Source: a virus
Lineage: Duplodnaviria > Heunggongvirae > Uroviricota > Caudoviricetes
IMG/VR virus record: IMGVR_UViG_2861048470_000006
Strand: one strand, 5' to 3'
DNA: 57,518 nucleotides
In this document: piece after piece, positions 33,473-42,547 of the stretch
How positions within the stretch are numbered: the stretch's first letter is position 1
Layout of the letters: each line of letters starts with the position of its first letter
Made by a program: the position numbers and the translations under genes
The notes under the pieces: model-generated
Database searches by the model: none
Told to the model about the DNA's origin: nothing
The model's input: the letters and a program-made list of their open reading frames with translations, nothing else

Positions 33473-33494
33473 AAAAGCCACTACGGTGGCTTTT
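33473..33494. terminator. bidirectional hairpin terminator between convergent Q gene and 427-aa cassette
   Basis: AAAAGCCAC-tacg-GTGGCTTTT with T-rich flanks on both strands. Confidence 0.5.
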
Positions 33495-33499
33495 AGCTT

Positions 33500-33862
33500 T
33501 TATTTACATGCAATAACGCTCGTAATACCCTCTACAAAACCAATTGCAGTTTGTAATTCCTTTCTAATCGTGCCATCTGAACACCTTCTCTTTTTGGCAA
33601 TAGTGCGTAATGAGATACCAATAACAAAGTGGGCTATGATGAGCTCATATTCCTCTGGTTTATACCTTCTCAACCGAGCCACACAACTGTCTATCATAAT
33701 GCCTTCGTCATCATCACACTGAATCCGTGACTTTTTACCATGAGGTAAAAGCCCCTTGAAGCCCGCTGCTATCGGTTGCCAATCGACACCACTATTTTCT
33801 GCTGCAGCCCATGCCCCCCAGCGGTCTAAAACCTCATACATATCACGCCCCATTACTATCAC
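33500..33862 (-). CDS. late antiterminator Q (phage-82/QuuD type)
   Basis: motifs LDRWGAWAA...IAAGFKGL...CSDG match QuuD-type Q as recalled; probable start at internal ATG (33853). Confidence 0.7.
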   Translation of the reverse strand: MIVMGRDMYEVLDRWGAWAAAENSGVDWQPIAAGFKGLLPHGKKSRIQCDDDEGIMIDSCVARLRRYKPEEYELIIAHFVIGISLRTIAKKRRCSDGTIRKELQTAIGFVEGITSVIACK

Positions 33863-34214
33863 CTCTAATTTCGCAAATCTTCACGCCCAGCCGACCACCA
33901 GGAACGAGCTTACCGCGCACAATATTGATTTCATCAAACTGCTCGTCGTCTATGAGAAGCCCCGCATGCGTCAGTGCATCCAGCGGTGCTTTCAGGATAT
34001 TGTCCAGGTCCCGACGGCGCTTATCCGGCGGCTCTGCAGTAATTTTTATTGCCAGCCTTCCGGACAGGTTTAATTTCAGCCGCTGCTGGCGGACAATAAG
34101 TGCCACATCCCGGCGATAACGCTCACCGGCTTTTGATACAAAATATGTGCTGCCACGACGACGCCAGTAGGTGTTCACCGTCGGCGGGTAAGGCAAAACA
34201 AACTCTATACGCAT
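33843..34214 (-). CDS. rusA: Holliday junction resolvase RusA
   Basis: 123-aa ORF with RusA motifs (PPTVNTYW, RRRDLDN). Confidence 0.85.
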   Translation of the reverse strand: MRIEFVLPYPPTVNTYWRRRGSTYFVSKAGERYRRDVALIVRQQRLKLNLSGRLAIKITAEPPDKRRRDLDNILKAPLDALTHAGLLIDDEQFDEINIVRGKLVPGGRLGVKICEIRGDSNGA

Positions 34215-34226
34215 CAGTAACCTCTT

Positions 34227-35273
34227 TTACCCGAGCACGCCGGTTGCAAAGGCGCGATCAAGAAAACGAAAAATTAAATCAATCTGGGAACCATGCTTTT
34301 CTTCGAACGCCAGCGGATCCGCATGAAGCTCGTTGTGATGCTCCCGACACAGCGGTAGCGTGAAAATATCGTGGGATTTTGTCCCTATTCCGCCCTGACC
34401 ATGACCAATCAGGTGATGGGGATCGTCGGCTGGCTTATCACAACACGCACACGGCTGTGTCTTTACCCAGCGCGTATATTTCTCATTTACCCAACGGCGA
34501 CGTTTAGGTCGCTTCATGAAAGATTCCGGAGACTCCGGATCAACAGCAATGCTGACCACCGTCTTTTCCTGTGGTGGATTTTGCTGGTGGGCGTGAGGCA
34601 GCGGCGCAAGATTTTTTGTGCGCTGCTTCAGTATGCTGGTGGCGGTCTGCTCTCCCGGTACGATGTCGCTTTCGCGGTACACCGAGCGAATTTTTTCCGC
34701 ACGTAACCCCAGAGAACGACGTAATACTACCTCCGGTAGTGCGTCCGCCACCTGATTGCAGACAGCCCACCAGGATAATTCAGCCAGCGATAATTCCCGC
34801 TCCTGTGTGCCATTCATTGCATGGCGCATGACATCAATCATCCATGCTGACAGGTTTTGGTGAGCAAGTTGCTCAAGTGATTCGGAGGACTGGTCACGCA
34901 ACTGGTTGTCACAGTGCCAGCACAACACCATCGCGCCAGCACCGTAACGATGTATGACGGTTTCGCTGTGATGGTAATCACCATGAGGCCACTGGCAGGA
35001 TTTAATATGGCGCAACAGCCAGTCAGACAATGCACCAGCACCACCAGCAGCACGAATCACCCGTGCGTTACTGAAAAACGGCAGCAATGTTTTGTCTTCC
35101 ACTAGCGGCTGGCGAACGGCAGGAACGACCCCGGACGGCAGATTACGCATGCTTTTCGGTTCCGGCTCCACCAGTACCCGGGTATTGTGGAATACCGGCA
35201 TGGATTCCCGGCCCGGCTTAACGATCACCAGCCCGAGTTCCGGTACCAGAACAGGTCGAAGTAATACCCGCAC
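34227..35273 (-). CDS. DUF968-family phage protein (YdfU-like) with C-terminal Cys/His HNH-like motif
   Basis: 348-aa ORF; CACCDKPADDPHHL...CREHHNELH; position after rusA as in Qin. Confidence 0.6.
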   Translation of the reverse strand: MRVLLRPVLVPELGLVIVKPGRESMPVFHNTRVLVEPEPKSMRNLPSGVVPAVRQPLVEDKTLLPFFSNARVIRAAGGAGALSDWLLRHIKSCQWPHGDYHHSETVIHRYGAGAMVLCWHCDNQLRDQSSESLEQLAHQNLSAWMIDVMRHAMNGTQERELSLAELSWWAVCNQVADALPEVVLRRSLGLRAEKIRSVYRESDIVPGEQTATSILKQRTKNLAPLPHAHQQNPPQEKTVVSIAVDPESPESFMKRPKRRRWVNEKYTRWVKTQPCACCDKPADDPHHLIGHGQGGIGTKSHDIFTLPLCREHHNELHADPLAFEEKHGSQIDLIFRFLDRAFATGVLG

Positions 35274-35274
35274 G

Positions 35275-35682
35275 TTACCTCCAGATGCGTTGCTGGAATG
35301 TGCGGGACGGACGCGGTGGGCGTTCGGAGTAAGGAAGCCTGACGGAGATTATCCAGTGACGATAATCGAGGCTGAGGGCTTTCTTAATCTCGTATCCGTG
35401 TCTGCGGTAGCACTGAATTAGCCACTCGGCCTGTTCTTCAGTGCATGGGGGATGCTGGAACCAGTCAGATTTGAAAGTGCGGGAACGCCGCCCGTGCCTG
35501 CTGGCAAAGACGGCAGAATCATCAGAATTGTGTAATTTGGTATCGTGCGCCATCGGTTGTCTCTGCTGGCGCAGCAGGTGCCAGTTGTTCAGGCTGGCGT
35601 GCGAATTGTAAACCAGAATGCTAGGAAAAAACAAAACCCGCCGAAGCGGGTTAAGTGCGGGTGCGTTGAGGATGCCTGACAC
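35275..35682 (-). CDS. hypothetical phage protein (position of rem in Qin)
   Basis: track ORF 135 aa; likely shorter from internal ATG; no motif recognised. Confidence 0.3.
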   Translation of the reverse strand: MSGILNAPALNPLRRVLFFPSILVYNSHASLNNWHLLRQQRQPMAHDTKLHNSDDSAVFASRHGRRSRTFKSDWFQHPPCTEEQAEWLIQCYRRHGYEIKKALSLDYRHWIISVRLPYSERPPRPSRTFQQRIWR

Positions 35683-35719
35683 ATCAGAGGTGGCGAGGGA
35701 TTCTCCCCCGCCTGGTCTC

Positions 35720-35875
35720 TTACTCCTCAGGTTCGTAAGCTGTGAAGACAGCGACCTCCGTCTGGCCGGTTCGGATTCGTACCTCGCAGAGGTCTTTCCT
35801 CGTTACCAGTGCCGTCACTATGACGGTTAAACAGATGACGATCAGGGCGATTAACATCGCCTTTTGCTGCTTCAT
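35720..35875 (-). CDS. hokD: Hok-family type I toxin
   Basis: 51-aa product MKQQKAMLIALIVICLTVIVTALVTRKDLCEVRIRTGQTEVAVFTAYEPEE matches Hok/RelF as recalled; track ORF extends upstream in frame. Confidence 0.9.
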   Translation of the reverse strand: MKQQKAMLIALIVICLTVIVTALVTRKDLCEVRIRTGQTEVAVFTAYEPEE

Positions 35876-36086
35876 AGCCTGCTTCTCCTTGCCTTTCGGC
35901 ACGTAAGAGGCTAACCTAGATTTGCCGTTCATAGATTGAGCCTCAGATTAATGTTAAGCGTCTTGCAGGACGCGTAATGTTAACTGGGGCTTTTCTCTAT
36001 CTGCCTTTGGTGTTCATGCCTGAGACAGATAGCCTCAAGCACCCGCAGCCATTCTACTTAACTCCCGTTACCTCGCCAATATAAAA

Positions 36087-36176
36087 TCAATCAGAAAGGC
36101 GATCCATAAGAACAACAGCAAGACAATAAATTGCCATTACAGCTGCAATAGCCAGCGCACATTTGAGAACCAGCAC
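36087..36176 (-). CDS. candidate 29-aa hydrophobic peptide (VLVLKCALAIAAVMAIYCLAVVLMDRLSD), GTG start
   Basis: hand-found; AGGAGG 5 nt upstream of GTG; different frame from the Cys-rich 72-aa track ORF. Confidence 0.3.
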   Translation of the reverse strand: MLVLKCALAIAAVMAIYCLAVVLMDRLSD

Positions 36177-36381
36177 GACAACCTCCTGTATTGGACGTAC
36201 ACCAGTCCTGATAAATATGAGGCTGTCTCATCATTGATGAGATACAACTATTGGGTATAGTTTCTGTGATTTTGTTCTGTAGAAATGGAACACAACAACC
36301 AGTCACCACCAGTACTTCTTTAAATACGCCAAGTCCGACGCAAGCTAACCTTCTAGTCCGCTTTGAGCGAGAAGCGGAAGT

Positions 36382-36648
36382 ATGAAACTTGTTCTCACCA
36401 CCGATGAAGCATTACAAACAATGCAGTTAGTTTATCAACGGGCAGGATCAGGGCGTACTCTCAAGCGGTTTAAGATTGATAACCTCAGGTACATTCATCT
36501 TGCCACGTTTCATATAGCGTATTTGCGACAGAGTTCATGTGAAGAAACACCGACTACGAGGATGATATTCATGTTGTATTGTTCGGGAAATCACTTCTTC
36601 ATATGGAACCCTCATCACACTTACAAAACCATTATTAACATAGCTTAA
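36382..36648 (+). CDS. hypothetical protein
   Basis: 88-aa track ORF, no recognisable motif. Confidence 0.25.
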   Translation: MKLVLTTDEALQTMQLVYQRAGSGRTLKRFKIDNLRYIHLATFHIAYLRQSSCEETPTTRMIFMLYCSGNHFFIWNPHHTYKTIINIA

Positions 36649-36888
36649 GTGTTAATCAAAATTGAGCCATTCACATTACATTAGGTAAGGTATCTTACTA
36701 AAAATATTGTAATGTTTTGTTTTTAAAGATAAAGATTTCAGGTTGAAAACCAAAAATTTTTAGTTAAAAATATTTATGGTGTATGTAAAAAATGATAAGG
36801 TAGTGATAAGACATAAGTTTGTAAAACACATGTTAAATTTCAATGCTGATGAAAAAGCTTAGCGTTAATCAAAACAGGAGCAAGAAGA

Positions 36889-37719
36889 TTGAAAGTTATT
36901 AGCTTAATCAATATGAAAGGTGGCGTTGGTAAGTCAACATTGGCTACCAATATTGCTAATCATCTTTCAGATAAACTTGGGCAAAAAATATTATTAATAG
37001 ATATCGACCCACAATTTAACGCAACGCAATGTGTAATGGATACAAGCAAATATGTTGCACATATGAAAAGCGGAGGCGATAGCATATGTGATATTTTTTA
37101 TAGTTCAAAAATTCGACTATCTACAATGACTGGTCCTTTAGTTAACACACCTAAAGAATTAGCCGATATAACACCAATTCAATTAAATGATAATTTTCAC
37201 ATTGTTCCCGGAAGCCTTGGGCTATATAAAATTGAAATGAAACCAGGAGAAGGGATAGAAAACAAGCTTAGACGCTTTCTTAAAATCCATGAAAATGACT
37301 ATGATTATGTCATAATTGATACCCCACCAACCCCATCAGTTTGGATGTCCAGCGCATTAATTGCATCTGATTATTACCTCATTCCAGCCAAACCCGATCC
37401 TCTTTCGATCACTGGTATCGATCTATTAGATAGCATTATAAATGAGAAGAGAGAAAATTTCGATCTTAAGATTGAATGTGCGGGCATAGTTTTTAATATG
37501 GTTGAAGGTAATAGTAATTTATATGAGGAAAGTCTTCGTTACTTCAATAATCAAAAACGTTGGCGTAATAAGATCTTTAAATCATATTTGAGCAAACGTA
37601 CTGAGTTGGCAAGAAATCAAACAAGAGGCTTATTTATTAACAATTTAACGGATGAGGATATGAAGTTTTCGCTGTCTAAAATTACTGACGAACTTCTCTC
37701 TAGAGTAGGTGACTTATGA
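36889..37719 (+). CDS. ParA/MinD/Soj-family P-loop ATPase
   Basis: 276-aa ORF, TTG start with AGGAG RBS; deviant Walker A KGGVGKST, DIDPQ and Walker B-like VIIDTPP motifs; very AT-rich. Confidence 0.8.
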   Translation: MKVISLINMKGGVGKSTLATNIANHLSDKLGQKILLIDIDPQFNATQCVMDTSKYVAHMKSGGDSICDIFYSSKIRLSTMTGPLVNTPKELADITPIQLNDNFHIVPGSLGLYKIEMKPGEGIENKLRRFLKIHENDYDYVIIDTPPTPSVWMSSALIASDYYLIPAKPDPLSITGIDLLDSIINEKRENFDLKIECAGIVFNMVEGNSNLYEESLRYFNNQKRWRNKIFKSYLSKRTELARNQTRGLFINNLTDEDMKFSLSKITDELLSRVGDL

Positions 37720-38222
37720 CTGACAAAAAAAATAACTCAAAAGAAATTAAGCAACTGTTAAACTTTTTAGAGGAGTTTTCCTTTATTTCAAAAAAATTAT
37801 CAAGAATCAACTTTATTGAATTACTTCAAGATAGTTATACTGATAATTTAGAAGTTAACGAAAGAAATTCAAAGTCCAAAAAAAATGATATTAAAGGTTT
37901 CCTTGTTGGGTATCTTCCGAGGATTTTATTAGACAAAGATCTCTTCCAAAAAAATAAAGATATAGATGATTTTGCACGCATGTTAGGTATCGAAATCAGC
38001 AGGCCTGAAAAAAGATCTAGAGAGGAAATGATCGGCATAATCGTGTGTGACGTTCACGAGAAAAACTCATCCGATTTAGGTAAGGCTTATAATATTATCA
38101 ATTCAATGTCAAATAACCCTCTAGTTTTGAGTAGAATAAAAGAGAGGAAGAACCTTTCTAGCGCTCAAAATGAGATATATGACTGGAATGAAGTTATAAA
38201 AGATATATTCAATAAGGACTAA
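37716..38222 (+). CDS. hypothetical protein, second gene of ParA-like operon
   Basis: 168-aa ORF overlapping ParA stop by 4 nt (ATGA); Lys/Asn-rich; no motif recognised. Confidence 0.5.
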   Translation: MTDKKNNSKEIKQLLNFLEEFSFISKKLSRINFIELLQDSYTDNLEVNERNSKSKKNDIKGFLVGYLPRILLDKDLFQKNKDIDDFARMLGIEISRPEKRSREEMIGIIVCDVHEKNSSDLGKAYNIINSMSNNPLVLSRIKERKNLSSAQNEIYDWNEVIKDIFNKD

Positions 38223-38224
38223 CA

Positions 38225-38920
38225 ATGTCGAGAGAAGTAAACAGCGATTTCACTGAGTTAGTTACTTATTTCTCTGAATATAAATTAAAAAATGTTTTCG
38301 AGAATATTAACTCAAGAGGGAAAATAAGCATGATACATAAGAGATATTATTCTTTTATGTGCCTTGTTTACTGTTTGTATCATTTCTCCAAGGAGAAAAT
38401 AGACGCCAACTCATTGGAGCGATTGCAAGAAGCTTCATCTGACCTTGGTACAGCTATGTTTATGGTTATAAATGGTGCATACAAACCAGCAAATCTAATG
38501 ATGCGAAGTTATATTGAAAATTCTTTAAAATCAATCGGTTGCTTACTAGATCCTTCAATACTTGAAGAAAAATCATTGTTTAAGGTAATTGAACAAACTG
38601 GGGAACATCCTGTCTTCAAAAAAAATCCTCTACTACATGAAACTTTAAAAGCTGAATACTCTTCGTTATGCAGTCACGTACATACAGCTACTGTAAAAGA
38701 AATGGCTCACATAAAAGCTTTAAATGTTTTTCCCGAAATAGACTTGGTTAAAATAGATAATATTTCGAAGGTGATTGATAAGGTGGTTAAGACTATGATA
38801 TCAACTATCATAAGAATTTTTCCTGATGTTTTCTTTTCCTTTGCACCTGAGTATCGAGAAAAAATCCTCCTTAGCTTAACCTCTGCACAACGAGCCTCAC
38901 TTCATTCCTTAAGTGATTAA
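38225..38920 (+). CDS. hypothetical protein, third gene of ParA-like operon
   Basis: 231-aa ORF 2 nt after previous stop; no motif recognised. Confidence 0.5.
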   Translation: MSREVNSDFTELVTYFSEYKLKNVFENINSRGKISMIHKRYYSFMCLVYCLYHFSKEKIDANSLERLQEASSDLGTAMFMVINGAYKPANLMMRSYIENSLKSIGCLLDPSILEEKSLFKVIEQTGEHPVFKKNPLLHETLKAEYSSLCSHVHTATVKEMAHIKALNVFPEIDLVKIDNISKVIDKVVKTMISTIIRIFPDVFFSFAPEYREKILLSLTSAQRASLHSLSD

Positions 38921-38933
38921 CTAACAAGTATGA

Positions 38934-38966
38934 CATAAAAACTATCCTATTGTGATAGTTTTTATG
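38934..38966 (+). terminator. 13-bp-stem hairpin directly after the three-gene operon (putative terminator)
   Basis: CATAAAAACTATC-ctattgt-GATAGTTTTTATG; coordinates anchored to stop at 38918-38920. Confidence 0.4.
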
Positions 38967-39116
38967 TTCATTAAGATGACTATATCAGGAATTATTGCCG
39001 AATTTTAATTTTCATATTGATTTTACTATCTCTCACCAACTCTTGTAAGTATCCTTCCGCCACAAGCGGACCATGTGCATTTAAATATCTGACCTAACGT
39101 GCCGTAACGCCGCAAT

Positions 39117-39140
39117 GTCCGCTTCTGGCACAAAGCAGAC
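39117..39140 (+). repeat. 24-bp imperfect direct repeat, copy A (GTCCGCTTCTGGCACAAAGCAGAC)
   Basis: 20/24 identity with copy B at 42790-42813; internal dyad symmetry GTCCGC...GCAGAC. Confidence 0.4.
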
Positions 39141-39202
39141 GCCCACTCTCACGCGAATGCTTTGCCCTTGACTTGCCAACAACCGTATCGCTTGCTCCGC
39201 AA

Positions 39203-40495
39203 CTATGGTTTTTTATTAGAATCTTCGCCACTAAATAAATTATAATAAATTGATTTTATTAGATATCTGTCAGAATCTATATGGTCAGCACGAGTAGCAT
39301 GCTCTAATGTTTCAAATGCTAGGGTTTGTGCGGCTTCAGCAAAAATTCCAGGCCAACCCTTACTCAGCATCGACAGTCCTTTAAGGATCCTTATCTGAAT
39401 TTCCCTCATACTGGCACCATCGCGCGCAACAGGTGAGAAAAAGTCTTCAAGTAGATCGTTATTCTGAAGTGGTGCAACATGTACAGAAGGATATTTCACT
39501 TCTATTTCATCAGATTTATTCTGCGCGTAAGCGGAAAGTATACGTACACCTCTGCCAATGACATCAATGGCGGTTCCAGGATCGTTCACTGCGGGGGAAA
39601 GGGCTCGGCAGGCTATTTCGGCCATGACGCTAAGACAAAATCGGGGGTCCTGAGCAAATGAACGTACATCCGAGACAATAATCGTCTCAAGTAAATCGGT
39701 GCTGATTGATGACTCCTGGCCCTGACTCAGGTACAAAACTGGCGTGGACGGATGTATGAAACTGCCCGGCTGCGCCACGAGGTATACATGACGGGGATCA
39801 TTGGTCAGCAGCTTGCTGAGTTTCACCATATCAACATATTCAACATAGCCAATCTTTTTCGGATAAACTGCAACCGTTCCTTTCGGCTGTTCATTGTTCT
39901 CAAGCCATGGATATCCGCCGAGACAGGGATTTCTTGCTCTCGCAATAAATGTTTCGATGGCCGCCTGTTCTACTTTTGCCGTTGTCTCACCAACCCTCCC
40001 CAGAGAGGTCAAATGCTGTATCCAGCGAAGCAATGTGATGAGGATTAAGGCAATGACAACCAGTGTTACAATGAATAAAATGACTCTCCCCCTTTCTCCA
40101 TAAGCTCCCATATTGAGGGCAATAATCCCTACCAGACTGAAGAGAAAAGAACCGATGAAGGTGGCCAGTACATTTTGTGTGGTGACGTCTTCAACAACTA
40201 AACGAGTAGCTCTGGGAGTCACATTAGTAGTGGCTGAACCGTAGGCTGTGACCATGATGCTCAGCGAAAATGTGGTCACTGCCAGCATACTCGATGCCAG
40301 TATGTTCAGAATGTTATCGACTGCTTCCGCACCAACCTTCACGGAAACCGACTCAGGTATCATTGATTTAAAAAGAATTGATAAAAGGGCCGTTATTATT
40401 GCGACAATTGCGAATAACGTTGCCCTGAACCATAGTTTTTTAAATGTCTGCTTCAGCATCCATTTCCAGCGTGAAATCATTCTGCATTCCCTCAT
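39203..40495 (-). CDS. DUF2254-like multi-TM membrane protein
   Basis: 430-aa ORF with N-terminal TM helices and large soluble C-terminal domain; family from recollection. Confidence 0.5.
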   Translation of the reverse strand: MRECRMISRWKWMLKQTFKKLWFRATLFAIVAIITALLSILFKSMIPESVSVKVGAEAVDNILNILASSMLAVTTFSLSIMVTAYGSATTNVTPRATRLVVEDVTTQNVLATFIGSFLFSLVGIIALNMGAYGERGRVILFIVTLVVIALILITLLRWIQHLTSLGRVGETTAKVEQAAIETFIARARNPCLGGYPWLENNEQPKGTVAVYPKKIGYVEYVDMVKLSKLLTNDPRHVYLVAQPGSFIHPSTPVLYLSQGQESSISTDLLETIIVSDVRSFAQDPRFCLSVMAEIACRALSPAVNDPGTAIDVIGRGVRILSAYAQNKSDEIEVKYPSVHVAPLQNNDLLEDFFSPVARDGASMREIQIRILKGLSMLSKGWPGIFAEAAQTLAFETLEHATRADHIDSDRYLIKSIYYNLFSGEDSNKKP

Positions 40496-40543
40496 ATTGC
40501 AGCCGGGATAAATAAATGCCGCCTCTGTGGCGGCATGTTGCTG

Positions 40544-42547
40544 TTAACGAACCAGATGCAGGAAGTGCAGGTGTTTTTCGTACTGGTCCAGTATGTCATT
40601 AATCAGCTGTTCCTGATTCCAGCCCATTACATCATAATTTTGGCCGCCCTCTTTGAGATAGACTTCAGCGCGATAATATCGATGTTGTTCACTCTGCTGC
40701 TCATCATTATCCAGCGCAGCGAGCGCGAAGGTCGGTGAGTTATACCCGCGAAGCCTCACTTCATATATATAATTCAGCTCGTTGCCCAAATCGACTTCAA
40801 GGCGAATACGATCCTCGGCGGCGTCACTGATGTGGCTTATCGTTCCCTGCTTGTTAAGTTCCTCCTGAACCAGCGTCATGGCGGGTTGGATAATGTCGTC
40901 CATAAAACGTTTCACAAGAGAGCGCTTCGGCAAATACGCGATATTGCGTAACCTTCTCTGCCAGGGAATTGGGTTACGTGCAGCCGTAGGAGCAATAGTC
41001 GCCATGCTAAGGCTTTCACGCTTGGTCAAATCCCGACGCAGGGCTTTTAACAGTCCGTATATGGATATTAATAAGATAACTGAGAAGGGCAATGCACTCG
41101 CTATCGTTACGGTTTGCAACGCACTCAGCCCCCCTGCGATCAGCAGGGCAATAGCAACAACGCCCATGAGCAATGCCCAGAAAATTCGCTGCCAGACGGG
41201 CGTGTTTGCCACCCCACCTGATGCCAGAGTATCCACAACCATTGCCCCCGAATCAGCAGACGTTACAAAGAAGACGATGACCATCGCCATTGCAATGAAT
41301 GACAGCACGGAAGAGAACGGGAAATGCTCCAGGAAATTAAACAGGGCAAGCGCAACATCCTGCTGAACGGTATTGGCGAGGTCAGTGGCGCCCTGGTTCA
41401 TGATGAGATAGATGGCGCTGTTTCCAAACACCGTCATCCACATGAGCGTAAAGCCGGCGGGAACAAACAACACGCCAGTCACGAACTCACGAATTGTCCT
41501 GCCGCGGGAAACGCGTGCAATGAACATACCTACAAACGGCGACCATGAAAGCCACCATCCCCAGTATAATAATGTCCAGCCCCCCAGCCAGTTGCTCGAC
41601 TTGGGTTCATACGCGTAAAGGTTGAACGTTTTACTCACCAGTTCCGACAGATAACCACCCGTATTTTCCACAAATGACTTCAGCAGAAGCACAGTGGGAC
41701 CCAGGCACAAGACCAGCGCCAGGAGCAACACCGCCAGGCCCAGATTAAGCTCAGACAGGATGCGTATTCCCTTGTCCAGGCCGGACACCACCGAAATCGT
41801 CGCTAACCCCGTGATGACCACGATCAAAATGACCTGTACCGTTTCATTGATGGGCACGCCGAAAAGATGGTTCAAACCGGCATTCACCTGCAATACACCG
41901 TAACCCAGCGATGTTGCAACGCCAAAGACAGTGCCTATCACGGCGAAGATATCAACCGCGTGGCCTATAGGCCCGTAAATGCGATCGCCGATAATGGGAT
42001 AGAGCGCAGAACGCAGCGTTAAAGGCAGACCGTGACGGTAACTGAAAAAGGCCAGAATCAGCGCCACGATGGCATAAATTGCCCATGCGTGCAGACCCCA
42101 GTGGAAGAACGTCAGGCGCATGGCTTCCTTCGCTGCCGCAACGGTCTCTGGAGTGCCGACAGGTGGCGAAAGATAATGCATCACAGGTTCGGCAACGCCA
42201 AAGAACATCAGGCCGATCCCCATCCCTGCCGAAAAAAGCATCGCGAACCAGGAGTGGTAGCTGAAATCAGGCTGCGCATGGTCTGGGCCCAGCTTTATAT
42301 CACCGTAACGTGAGAGTCCAAGGAACGTGACGCTCAGTAAAATCAGGGCCACAGCAAGTATGTAGAACCAGCTGGCATTCGTGAAGATTTGTTGCTGAAG
42401 TAGTTTAAAATTTTTGTCGGCGACATCCGGGAATACGGCGGCAAAGGCGACAAGAAGGAAAATTAGCAAAGCAGATGTAAAGAATACCGCTTTGTTAACC
42501 TGGCTTGTAGACTTCTTTGGGGTTGTATCATTTTCACTCATAATCAT
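40544..42547 (-). CDS. BCCT-family transporter (BetT/BetU-like choline/betaine transporter)
   Basis: 667-aa ORF; conserved BCCT segments (GDIKLGP, WTLLYWGWWLSWSPFVGMFIARVSRGRTIREF) parallel E. coli BetT as recalled. Confidence 0.85.
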   Translation of the reverse strand: MIMSENDTTPKKSTSQVNKAVFFTSALLIFLLVAFAAVFPDVADKNFKLLQQQIFTNASWFYILAVALILLSVTFLGLSRYGDIKLGPDHAQPDFSYHSWFAMLFSAGMGIGLMFFGVAEPVMHYLSPPVGTPETVAAAKEAMRLTFFHWGLHAWAIYAIVALILAFFSYRHGLPLTLRSALYPIIGDRIYGPIGHAVDIFAVIGTVFGVATSLGYGVLQVNAGLNHLFGVPINETVQVILIVVITGLATISVVSGLDKGIRILSELNLGLAVLLLALVLCLGPTVLLLKSFVENTGGYLSELVSKTFNLYAYEPKSSNWLGGWTLLYWGWWLSWSPFVGMFIARVSRGRTIREFVTGVLFVPAGFTLMWMTVFGNSAIYLIMNQGATDLANTVQQDVALALFNFLEHFPFSSVLSFIAMAMVIVFFVTSADSGAMVVDTLASGGVANTPVWQRIFWALLMGVVAIALLIAGGLSALQTVTIASALPFSVILLISIYGLLKALRRDLTKRESLSMATIAPTAARNPIPWQRRLRNIAYLPKRSLVKRFMDDIIQPAMTLVQEELNKQGTISHISDAAEDRIRLEVDLGNELNYIYEVRLRGYNSPTFALAALDNDEQQSEQHRYYRAEVYLKEGGQNYDVMGWNQEQLINDILDQYEKHLHFLHLVR

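Noticed and set aside
36091-36309. 72-aa Cys-rich minus-strand ORF from the track
   Set aside because: Unusual composition (about 15% Cys, no hydrophobic core or known fold). A different frame in the same place gives a far more plausible 29-aa TM peptide with a strong SD, reported separately.
35875-36380. relB/relE toxin-antitoxin genes next to hok, as in K-12 Qin
   Set aside because: No ORFs with RelB or RelE features are present in this interval.
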